A model generated the notes under the pieces. It was not told where the DNA came from and made no database searches. It saw nothing but the letters and a program-made list of their open reading frames with translations. Made by a program: the position numbers and the translations under genes. This document shows, one piece after another, positions 1-10,719 of a stretch of 64,000 bases of DNA. Position 1 is the first letter of the stretch. Every line of letters begins with the position of its first letter. The DNA is from Takakia lepidozioides (Eukaryota; Plantae; Bryophyta), in the NCBI GenBank assembly GCA_030704615.1, contig CM060733.1, forward strand, positions 12,772,001-12,836,000. Reading direction: 5' to 3'.

Positions 1-936
1 GGAAGCATCCTATGTTTGAGAGCTGACTTCCCAACTTCTTGCAGCACTCCACACAACTTCCACCCTACCTCACTTTCTCTCTACCCTCCAGGACTGGTAT
101 GAATTCCAGAAGTCACCATTCCATTTGCCAAAATCTTTTTCTATCTCCCTCATCTCTATTGAGAGTCTCTCTAGCAAAATTCCATAGCAACTATCCCTAA
201 GTCAGAGAGGGGCCTTGCATCTATGAACTTAGCTCTCTTATACTCCAGCTGAAGCGGTGGGATCGCCTGCCTGAAATGGCACCTCACCATCTCTGTCAGC
301 AGCTCCCCTAACTCCTCTGGCAGATGCCCGTCATGATGGAGCTGCTCCATCATCTTAACTAGCCTTTGATCAAGTCTGCAACCCCACCTTCCTATTCCCT
401 GGCAGCAGGTTGTTTCCCTTGCAGGTTCATCCTCCTTGTCATCGTGGTTATGAGAGTAACGACGGCACTGCTGCCCCTCCACCGAGCTGCTTTCCCCGCA
501 ACTCCTACACCTTCAGCGGTCAAATCACAGGAAGCACCGCCTCTATGCCTTCATTACTTCTGTCAGTAGTACATGATATTACTCCTTCCCTTGCCTTGAT
601 GAATCGTCCTGCACCGCCTCCCTTCTCCTGGCTTGAGCAAAATTACCTAGCTGTTCCCTGCACGATTACCCTCCAGCAAGCCCTAAGCTTCCTCGACCCG
701 ACGTTTCTACGGTAATCACCAGCGATGAAAGCCATTCATCCTATGGATGAAAAGGCGTATTTCATGACTTAGCCACATTTTGTCCTGGCAGAGCAATAGC
801 ATAGTGTGCCCATGGAATTACCTGTAGGCATGGATAATTCCCTCCCGTTATTAGTACCCGGGCACTCCCTTTGTAGTAATGCCGGATCCTGATGCCAAGC
901 AAAATTTCCATGTTACTCCCCTGCATTCACACTACA
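1..936 (-). repeat. 3' LTR of element C (partial)
   Basis: Begins TGTAGTGTG on - at 936, next to the purine tract AAAAAGGGAGA; matches 5266-6198. Confidence 0.9.
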
Positions 937-1639
937 TATGTAGTGTGTCTCCCTTTTTAAGTGTTAGGGTCCTCACTGACCACCTTCACCAGCTGAACAC
1001 CTACTGGTGATATGAAAGGTTTCAAGTCGTGCCTACCTCTTACCCATTCCCTGCCTGCTTTATCTTTCAGCCTGCACCATCGGCCAGCTTCCCTTCCAGG
1101 ATCATAAGGTACTCCCAACAGGTACATTGTGTTGATTCCCTTTCTGTTTCTGCTCCAGCTATCTTGGAGAGGTCCGTCTGTGATATTGTTTCTGATTGTC
1201 TTGCCTTGGCCTTCAGCAAAAGAAAGCCCCTCTCTGCTCATAATCTTCAAGGCCACTTCTGTCTGGCTGGTGCAAGCAGTGTTGTTCTCAAGCTGACACC
1301 ACCATCTGGTTTCCATGTAGCTTATCATGCCAATTTCATGGCCTTCCTCCTTGGCCATAATTTTCGTGCTCCATCCCTGAGCTTGCATCGTCGTCCAGCC
1401 CTTCCTGTTCAAGTGACAGCGTCCCGATGGTCCATCTTTTCCGCGGCTAGAGCAATTCCAATTTGTGACAATACCTTCTTCCTCTTCTTGTAGTTCATGC
1501 CAGGCAGGTCCTGATCTCCTTCCCCTACAAACCAGCGTTTCCCAATTTTGTTGTTGCTCCCTGGCTCCTTGTTTTGAATCTCAGCTATCACTTGTGCTCC
1601 CATCGACATTCGCACCTTTCGTGCTGCCTCATTTCCTTC

Positions 1640-1930
1640 CTGCTCCATTTGTTGAGACAGTTGTGGGGTCTGTCCTTCAGAGCCATGCTGTGCATAACCT
1701 GCAATCATTTCTCTCCATGACCCCACTTTTGTGAGACATATTGTCACACATGTGTTGTGCACCCTTCATGCTTCCACGTTTGGCATACCTGTCAACAATG
1801 GAAGTATCCATAATGATATCTGGTGCAATACCAGATTTGATACTGTCATCATGGACCTCTTCGACTCTTACCAGGTCTGTCAGGTTCGCACATGCATTCA
1901 ACACACACAGGAACGTCACCTGTTTGGGCT
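1640..1930 (-). pseudogene. Degenerate PLS-class PPR fragment inside element C
   Basis: VTFLCVLNACANL...EVHDDSIKSG..DIIMDTSIVDRYAKRGSMKGAQHMCDNM, then after a frameshift SWREMIAGYAQHG....QLSQQMEQEG; follows the L-S-P motif consensus. Confidence 0.8.
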
Positions 1931-3204
1931 TCTCTCCTTCATCTCCAGCATCTGTAGAAAGCTCATTGCCTCTCTGAATTGCATCTGCTGGCATAGCCTT
2001 AGCTCCTTCAGTTACAATGTCAAAGCACTCTTCAAGGCCATTAGCACCCGTGTGATGCCAATGATCTAGGTATGCTTGGGGATGATGGCACTCAGCCTGC
2101 ATCGTTGCTTTATCTCCATTCTTGACTTCAGTGACAAAGTGTATGATCTTCTTGGCCTTCCCTTTGCCATGAATGTTTTGTCCAACAATGCTATAGTGTC
2201 CTGCATTTCTGGTTTCTGAGGTCTCGTCCTTGAACCTTCCTCCTCCAATCCCAGACTCCAACTATGAGTACTTCCAGTCTGCACATCACTCTGAACAACA
2301 AGCTCTCTTACCTTCATCTCTCCTTCATACAGCACCACCGAGTCACCCTTTTCACGACCTTCTCCACTTCTTTCCTCAATTAAACTGTCACTTAGTGGAG
2401 CGGCTGTTCCAGAGCTGCTCTGCTCTTGCTTTTTCAGCTCCATAGGCTGCAGATTACTCTCTACAGAGACGTGACTTGTATTGAGCTGCCTCCCACACAA
2501 GACATGCAGCTCCTTCACTTCAATGCTTGAGTTTGCACTGAGCATTCTCAGATGTCCTCGTGTACCCGGATCCCATACCCTTTGTTGGGCATAGTTCATT
2601 GGCTGACCTCTGAACGTTATCAGGTCAACCAGGGTCTTCTCAGCAGAAAGGCCAACCTTCTCTTTCTGATCCTATGCATCCTCTCCATCCCAAGATGCAT
2701 CTCTCTAAGAGAGTCAAACTTTGCTGCTAGTTTCCCCATTTTCCACAACAAGAGTGTTGAACCGTGAGAAGATTTCAAATCTTTCTGTGAACGGTACTCA
2801 AATCTCCCATCCTTTGTTTTGTGGGTGGGAATTCAAGTTTCCTTGTATCAACATCTACAGTTTCAAGGGCTGGAGAGACACTCTGGCTTTTGGCACGAAC
2901 TGGTGATTTCAGCGGACTCACATCTGATCCCAAGTTGTCATGCAAGCTGATGTCTCTTGTGCACTCAACCAACATCCACTTAGACATACCATCTTCCTTG
3001 TCATCCTTCTCATGTGCTATATTGGTCGTATGTCCTCCTTTACTTGAGTGTTCCGAACTCCTTTTGTATTCAGGTTCATTGTCCTCCTTTGTCTGCATTG
3101 CGCACATCTCACTCCTCCCATTCCCAATTGGTGTCCACATGTGTGTCTTTCTTTACACTCCATATGACCCTTCTTGGATGAACAAAAGGCAGTGACCTGC
3201 CCAT

Positions 3205-4470
3205 CTACATAGCATTGGTCGTCCAACTGAAACTTCCTACTTCTGAACTCTTCTCACTCAATAAATTTTGACCACACAACCCTTGCACGTTGTCGTTGAT
3301 GACATCAAGATTTCTGTATATTGGTGTGGTGGCGGTATCATGATCAAGACAATCATCCCTTGCTTCTAACTCTTGCTTGGTTCCACATTTTTTCCGCATG
3401 TCTTGCTCTATCTCCAACTGTGCATCCTTTATGTCTGATTCCAGAGGTGCATCTTGATCCAGACCCTTTCTCGTTTGAGCGAGCAATGTACACTCTTCCT
3501 CTACCCATCCCATCAGATCTGCCCAAGATTCCTTGTCATCTTCGTCTCTCAAGACACTCACTTCACAGGTTGTACCACTAATCCTTGGTGAGTTGGCAAC
3601 ACTATGCCCATACTCCCCAAGCATGTCTTGATCTACATGTGCCTTTGTAGAAGACCTTAGGATCTGCACAGGAACTTGCAACCTAGGTGCACTCTCTTCA
3701 TTGACACCTGATTGACTCTCTGTTGAACAAAAGATATCTTCCAAGATCTCTTCTTCCACATCACAAAACACATTCACAACGTTTGTGCCAAGAGAGCTTA
3801 CACATTCGAATTCCATCCTTCTGCTGCTCTTCGACTCCCATTGTTCCAACATTTCACAGCCTGAATCTTGCATTCCACATGTTCCCATTTGCAGCCCCAG
3901 CCGGTGATTCTTTTCACTTCGGATCTGATTCTGTCTTGATGGACATGCAGTGCAACACTCTACTTGCTGCCTTGTTTTGTTCAAGTTGAGAACTCGAGGA
4001 AGCATTGCAGGGACTTCACTGGTGTGGTTCTTCTCCCTAAAGCACCTCCGTGACATTGTTTTGTGATCTGGTATAGGTTTATGATCAATAGAACTCACAG
4101 GTGTGAACCTGTTGTGCTTATCCTTCTCAATCAGAGATAATTTCTCTTCCATCCCTGTAACAGACTCTTCCACATTGGTATCTATCTCATCAAACTTCCT
4201 TGCTAACATCACTTCATTCTTACTTGATTGATCTTCTCCTCCAAATTTCAAGATTATGGCTACTTGAAAATCATGCCAGTTCATGGACCTTGGTTTTTGC
4301 ATTCGATGCCAAGTGTCAGCCCGTGCCTTGAGATTCAGCCTTGCCGATATAAATAACTTGTGCTCGTCAAAGCTCCTCCTCTCACCATCCCTTTTCAGAT
4401 TCTGGATCCAGCTGCAAACATCCTCATCCTTCTTTCCGTAAAATGGAATGTTAGTCACCATTGCTCGCAA
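3205..4470 (-). CDS. gag: Ty3/gypsy-type Gag with a long divergent C-terminus
   Basis: FYGKKDEDVCSWI...LNLKARADTWH...WHDFQVAIILKFG matches the retrotransposon gag pattern; lies just downstream of the PBS. Confidence 0.75.
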   Translation of the reverse strand: MRAMVTNIPFYGKKDEDVCSWIQNLKRDGERRSFDEHKLFISARLNLKARADTWHRMQKPRSMNWHDFQVAIILKFGGEDQSSKNEVMLARKFDEIDTNVEESVTGMEEKLSLIEKDKHNRFTPVSSIDHKPIPDHKTMSRRCFREKNHTSEVPAMLPRVLNLNKTRQQVECCTACPSRQNQIRSEKNHRLGLQMGTCGMQDSGCEMLEQWESKSSRRMEFECVSSLGTNVVNVFCDVEEEILEDIFCSTESQSGVNEESAPRLQVPVQILRSSTKAHVDQDMLGEYGHSVANSPRISGTTCEVSVLRDEDDKESWADLMGWVEEECTLLAQTRKGLDQDAPLESDIKDAQLEIEQDMRKKCGTKQELEARDDCLDHDTATTPIYRNLDVINDNVQGLCGQNLLSEKSSEVGSFSWTTNAM

Positions 4471-4527
4471 ATCACTCTCCTATCTTGCTACACTAAATCC
4501 TACATTTCCCGGATCAAAGACCGGCCT

Positions 4528-4539
4528 GCTCTGATACCA
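4528..4539 (-). promoter_or_regulatory. Primer-binding site (tRNA-iMet) of element C
   Basis: TGGTATCAGAGC on - strand. Confidence 0.9.
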
Positions 4540-4541
4540 AA

Positions 4542-6198
4542 AGAAGGGGGCATATATCCCCTTCTGTCTAATCCTAATCTAGTTCTTAGTGCAAGGTCTT
4601 GTTGTTATCCTGGTTCTCCCACACAGGTTGGCTACATCCATGTTGTTTATGATCAGAGTTCATGAAGCCCTCATCCACGCCGCAGCGGAAGAGAAGACAT
4701 GGATGGGACAAGTGAAGGTGTTTCCTGCATAGTGCAACAGGCCTGACTAGGGTTCTGTCTTGCACCAGCTTAGTTTTCATGCTGATATAGTCACTCAAAC
4801 AGCTTACCAGTGGGTTAATGACAGCCTATGAGTTCACCATTTGCATGTAGCATCTACATTGAACCCCCTTTGTTGTCATGCAATCACCGAAAGTGCAAGG
4901 CAACATGTATCTACCATACAATGCAGGTCTGATATTTCTATCCAACTCATGGTCTTTCCTTTATCTCTCAACTGACCCTCCTCTCATCATTCTTTTGCTG
5001 AGCGGATCTCTCTTCTTCCCAATGTTTTATCTCCCTTTTCTGATGCAAGTGCCCATAATGGACCAGACAGCCCTTCTATCACCATTCCCAATTGACATGC
5101 ATCATCTCTTATCCTCTCTACACCATTCTGGTTTGAAGACCAGACCACCACTCCATTTCATTTTCAAAAACCCTTTTTCCTCTATCACATGTCTCTATCC
5201 TTTTCCCTTCTATCAAGAGCAAGTCCTAAATCTGCCCAAAACGATTTCTAAGTCACACCCAAAAAGGAAGCATCCTATGTTTGAGAGCTGACTTCCCAAC
5301 TTCTTGCAGCACTCCACACAACTTCCACCCTACCTCACTTTCTCTCTACCTCCAGGACTGGTATGAATTCCAGAAGTCACCATTCCATTTGCCAAAATCT
5401 TTTTCTATCTCCCTCATCTCTATTGAGAGTCTCTCTAGCAAAATTCCATAGCAACTATCCCTAAGTCAGAGAGGGGCCTTGCATCTATGAACTTAGCTCT
5501 CTTATACTCCAGCTGAAGCGGTGGGATCGCCTGCCTGAAATGGCACCTCACCATCTCTGTCAGCAGCTCCCCTAACTCCTCTGGCAGATGCCCGTCATGA
5601 TGGAGCTGCTCCATCATCTTAACTAGCCTTTGATCAAGTCTGCAACCCCACCTTCCTATTCCCTGGCAGCAGGTTGTTTTCCCTTGCAGGTTCATCCTCC
5701 TTGTCATCGTGGTTATGAGAGTAACGACGGCACTGCTGCCCCTCCACCGAGCTGCTTTCCCCGCAACTCCTACACCTTCAGCGGTCAAATCACAGGAAGC
5801 ACCGCCTCTATGCCTTCATTACTTCTGTCAGTAGTACATGATATTACTTCCCTTGCCCTTGATGAATCGTCCTGCACCGCCTCCCTTCTCCTGGCTTGAG
5901 CAAAATTACCTAGCTGTTCCCTGCACGATTACCCTCCAGCAAGCCCTAAGCTTCCTCGACCCGCGTTTCTACGGTAATCACCAGCGATGAAAGCCATTCA
6001 TCCTATGGATGAAAAGGCGTATTTCATGACTTAGCCACATTTTGTCCTGGCAGAGCAATAGCATAGTGTGCCCATGGAATTACCTGTAGGCATGGATAAT
6101 TCCCTCCCGTTATTAGTACCCGGGCACTCCCTTTGTAGTAATGCCGGATCCTGATGCCAAGCAAAATTTCCATGTTACTCCCCTGCATTCACACTACA
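4542..6198 (-). repeat. 5' LTR of element C (~1.66 kb)
   Basis: Bounded by the PBS and by the TGTAGTGTG start at 6198; the inner end lacks a canonical CA, so 4542 is approximate. Confidence 0.8.
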
Positions 6199-9100
6199 GG
6201 TTCCTCTAGGATTTCCATTTCTCCTTCTCTTTCTTCATAGAAATGTGGTGGGTAACTGCTTGTTTCACCTTCAATTAGTGTTGCTGTCACTACACCACAG
6301 CATATATCTTTTAAACAACTTAGGCCTTCTAGCTGCATTTCTGCAACCTGGTCCTACTCTGGGTGTGCAGCGAACAGGGTAGCTTCCTGCTCCTCATCAA
6401 GTCCTCCCCTCAAGTCATACTCCCTGACCCCTCGAGGTCTTCTCGTAGCAGGTAATCTACTAGATTTCTTAGTGGTAATTTGTATCTTGTGCATCCCATC
6501 ATGCACAATTAGTAACTGGGAATTCCAGTCATGGAATACCTTGGCCTGTTTCAGCCACGGACGTCCCAACAATAAGGAGTAAGCTTCCATGACTTCATCC
6601 ATTTTTGACACAGTTACTGTGATCATAAAGATCATCTTTTGAATCTGTATCTTAACTCCTCTTATCAATCCCAGTGGCTGTACACTTCTTTGATCTGCCA
6701 TTGTTGCTGTAAATGGGGCTGGCTTCATGTTACTTAGACCAAGCTTCTGCCTTAATTGGTCTGTCATGATATACACTCCAGAGCCTCCATCTATCAGTAC
6801 TTCAGTTAGTTCTGTGCTTCCAATTCTCAATTGGATTACTGGCATAGAATCATCAAAGTCCATGACTGTTTCTCGCCCTTCCGGCTTCACATTATAACTT
6901 GTCACCTTGCTGTTCAGGTCTGTGTTCCCTGTCACATGGGCAATTCGATTGATTGCTTGATACAACCTGTGTCTACAATAAGGTGCCACAGCCAATAGCT
7001 GTCCAATGGTAATCTCCGCTTTGGACTGGCATATTACTTCAGCCAAAGTCCCTTCATTACTCTGCATGTCTGCAGCTTCTTTCTTCCCTTCATCCTCACT
7101 CACTTCCTCTTCTCTTTCAGAATCAGAGGAATCTGTCATAGGAATATCAGTATTCTTCTGCATTTCCCTTATGGTATCTGTCACTTCCTTGTGCAGTTCC
7201 TTCTCATCTCTCCAAGCCTCATCATCTTCAGGCACATCACCGCCATCTTCATTATTATCATCTTCCTCATCTACTGGAGGTATTAGTTTGGCTTTGCTTC
7301 TTGTTACTATCATTATACTTACTTCTGGTACAACACATGGCCTAACCATGTGAGCTGCCACCACTGGCCCCTCATTCATAGGAGCTCTCATCTCATTCTG
7401 GTGTCTGATCTAGAATGGACAGGCTGCCTTGCGATGGCCTGCCTGATTACAATAGTAACACAGTTCTTCCTCATTAGGTCCTCGCCCTTGGTCTGTTCTG
7501 GAATTGTTTCTGTAATCCTGACTCCCTGGCTGGTAATTCCCCCTTGGATTACCCTGATAGTTGCCTCTGGAATTTCCTTGGTAATTCCCTCTTGGATTAC
7601 CTCTTCCTTCCATGCCATTATTATAACCACCAGACCTACCATAGTGGTCCTGATCACTGTTTCTTCTTGGCTGGGGCTGTACTTGATGCACCCTTACTTG
7701 CCTAGGTTCTCTAGCTGCTGTCCTTCTGTTGTAGTAACAATTCTCAGTAGAATGGTTATCCATTTTACAGATAGTACAGTGTTTCTCCTTCATGTGGCAT
7801 TCAGTGGTGGTATGGCCTTCATTCTGGCACTTTGCACACCAAACACCCTTCCTCCAATGTGTTACAGCCTCTGTGGCATACTTCTTCTAATCTTTTCTCA
7901 TAGTTATCCCTCTTCAACTTCTCCTTCCTCTTACTCTTCCTTTTCAGCTCTTGCTCTTCTTCCTCATCTGACTCATCCTCAGAGTCCTCATCATCCCTTT
8001 TCTCCCTCCTGAGCATTCCCAATTGCTCAATTCTGTTCGCTGTTTCAAATGCCTCCTCCACTGTATTATGGGGTAACATATCCACTTTCTTTTGCAACTC
8101 TGGTCTTAGTCCACTCACAAACCAAGTCTTCTGTAAACCTGGTGCTGGTACAACAACCAGCTTTTTCATCGTCAATTCCATCTTTTCCATATACTCTTCA
8201 ACAGTTTCATGCTTCTTTTGCTTTAACTGTTGTAAACTTCCATACACTTCATCCTCATTTTTACTTGTCCTAAACCTATTTCGGAATGCTGTATTCAAGC
8301 CATTCCAGGTTAGGAAATGATTATCAGGGAATCTTGCATATCATTCACTTGCTTTCTTTATAAGTGAACAAGGAAACAGTCTCATCTTGGCATCATCGCC
8401 ATTCTCATTGTTCACAATACACATGTGCTCAAATTGGCTAATGTGTACATCAGGATCCCCTTTTCCTGAATATATTGGAAAAGGTGGTTTTGCCCGTGTT
8501 GGTTGTAACGCCATCTGTGGCCCTACCTTCTGCCCACTGACAGATGCTGGCCCCCTTGCTGGTGCTGGTCCTTGAGGACCTGTTGTAGTTGTGGTGGATC
8601 TTCCACCAAGTGGTGGCCCCTGAGCACTCCAAGCAACTGGCCCCACGATATTCACAATATTCCCAGCTCTAGTTGCACTACTTCCCATACTCCATGTCCC
8701 CCCAGAGCCAGATCCAGGCTGCCCGCCTGATCCCCCTGAGCCGACACCTTCGTTGGCTTGTGATCCAAGTGCTCCACTTGATCCAGGTCCAACGGGTTGG
8801 GATGTCCTAGTTGTAGTCTCAACCTCAGCTGTTGGGTCTACTTCTTCATACTCTTCCTCTTCCAATTTCTTCTCTCTGTTTTCATCCTCCAAGTTCTGCC
8901 CTTCGGTTTCTTCTTCACTCATGTAACTCAACTGCAATGGTGTTGGAGAGTCTGAACTCTCCGTTGGCTCTGCCACATCCTCTCCTCCTTCTTCACCTTC
9001 CGTTTCAGAAACTGGAGTTTCTGCTTTTGGTGTTCCATGCCAACTCTTATCAAAGATTTCTGTCAAATCTTTTATCCAGGGATGTACCTCAGATCTTTCA

Positions 9101-9345
9101 CCTCGTGGTTGATCTTCTTCCAGTACCAATTCCCTTAATCTTTCTTGCAAAGAAAAAGAAGGAGTGGCATCCAACTCTAGTTCTTCCGGTATGGGTGATG
9201 TACTCTCTGATCTTAATGGTGTGAGAGGTCCAGATGATTCCCCTATGTCTATTCCTCTCTCCCAAAGATATGGATAATTAGCTTTCAGTTAATTTTCTCT
9301 TTTTGCTGAATATCTCTGGAGTCTAGCTTCTCTTTCATCACTCAT
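6199..9345 (-). pseudogene. gag-protease of left family-A copy, with stops and frameshifts
   Basis: ORF pieces 8341-9174, 7819-8298, 7410-7793 and 6354-7391; CCHC knuckles; protease motif LIDGGSG. Confidence 0.85.
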
Positions 9346-9365
9346 GTCCCATGTCTTTCATTTCT

Positions 9366-10050
9366 TTAATGTGGCAATAACCAAAACTCTCTTCTGTAGT
9401 ATCTCTCGTATATGCCTGGGTTTCTTTCAAGCTTCAATGCACCCTTGGCTATACTAGAAGTCTCCGTTACCATATAACCATATGGCAAACAAGTCTGGAA
9501 AGCTGTTTTTGGTGTGAGTTTGATCCACAGAATATCCTTTGGAATCCAATTCTTTACCAGTACAAGCTCTTCATGCATATGAGTATAAACATTCACCTTC
9601 CTTTCCTCCCAGCCTTCAAACTCTACTCACTTAATGGATATCAATGCTATCACATAAACCAGTGTTGGTAACCAACGTGCTCTTCCTCTACGGGCCACCT
9701 GATAAATCTTTATCACCCCTTTCTCCAGACCCCACTCAGGGTCAACATCATGCACTCTCTTAAGAATGTTTTCTTTACAACTGTCTGACAATTCCAAGAA
9801 CCTCTGAAAGAATTGTTTAGACAATCTTTCCTTCTCAGTTTTACAGGGAATTTGATTCACATCAAATTCTTTAATTCTCCAACCACCATGATCCCACCAA
9901 ATGCCTGTCACATCTGGTTGTTCATGACCCAGTTCCCCAGTATGGTCGCCAAATGTCGAGCGGCTTTTACTCACCCATCCCTTCGCTATCCGAGGTGGAA
10001 ACTCCAAGATAGAAGAGTTGGATATCTCTAAGCACTCAGCCCGCTCAGTA
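9366..10050 (-). pseudogene. ORF0 of left family-A copy, split by one TGA
   Basis: 9627-10007 plus 9366-9596 match the intact ORF 53234-53929; CGA there is TGA here. Confidence 0.8.
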
Positions 10051-10719
10051 CAATTAGTCAGGACCTGCAGCTAGTGAATCATGGTTGTGCTTCCCATTTG
10101 TATTCCTTCTTGCCTTCATGTTATCAATTTACCTTATCTGATACTGAAGCATCAGATTGCTTCAGTATCTACTTAGTTCTAGTTTATCATGCATTCATTT
10201 CACAGCTTCCCTCATGTCTCTCTACACAGTGTGCTTGTATCGAATAAGTATCAGATTATGATTTATCAGGTACTAGGCCAATGTCAAGGTGACTCTAATC
10301 CGCCCTACAGTATCACTACAGCTCAGGAGATACCCCCATTTGTGACGAGTCTGTTTTCGACAGCCCCTTTCCAATTTTCTGCTTCCTGTGTATGCCCAAC
10401 GGCACCAAGCACCGGCATTGGGGCCCCGTGGTTTGGGAGATCTCAACGACGCTACAAAGCAAAACAAAACAAACGTCTCGCTTCATATATTGATAATGGT
10501 TTTTTTAAATTTATTGATAACTGTTTTATGTTTCAGAGAAAACTCAATTTGCTATTTTTTATGAATTTTTTATCTTCCACACCGCAGGTCCAAAACGTAT
10601 GAAACTGTCTCAATGCACTCATTGAGGGCTTGCCAGCGGTATCACGACCCCTAGCGGAGGCTTTTCCGTTTGGGAGATCTTAGTGATGCTACATCGTTTT
10701 TTTTTTTTTTTTTTTTTTT

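Larger units (their letters stand above)
1..6198 (-). mobile_element. Non-autonomous LTR retrotransposon C (gag plus captured PPR fragments, no pol); 3' LTR runs off the window start
   Basis: 1-936 is a near-identical direct repeat of 5266-6198. PBS at 4528-4539 and purine tract at ~948-958 on -. Interrupts family-A pol at 6199. Confidence 0.9.
6199..10323 (-). mobile_element. Ty3/gypsy family A, left copy: partial LTR/UTR, ORF0, gag, protease; cut by element C and truncated in its LTR
   Basis: Colinear homology to ~52975-57107 (+), ending abruptly at ~10323. Confidence 0.9.

Noticed and set aside
171-482. ORF in the element C LTR as a PPR E+/DYW remnant
   Set aside because: Only a faint resemblance (LVKMMEQLHHDGHLPE), with no HxE or CxxC motif.
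6199-10323. The two family-A copies as arms of one giant inverted-repeat element
   Set aside because: They are clearly diverged, and the right copy has its own insertion point inside the B LTR, so they are independent insertions.
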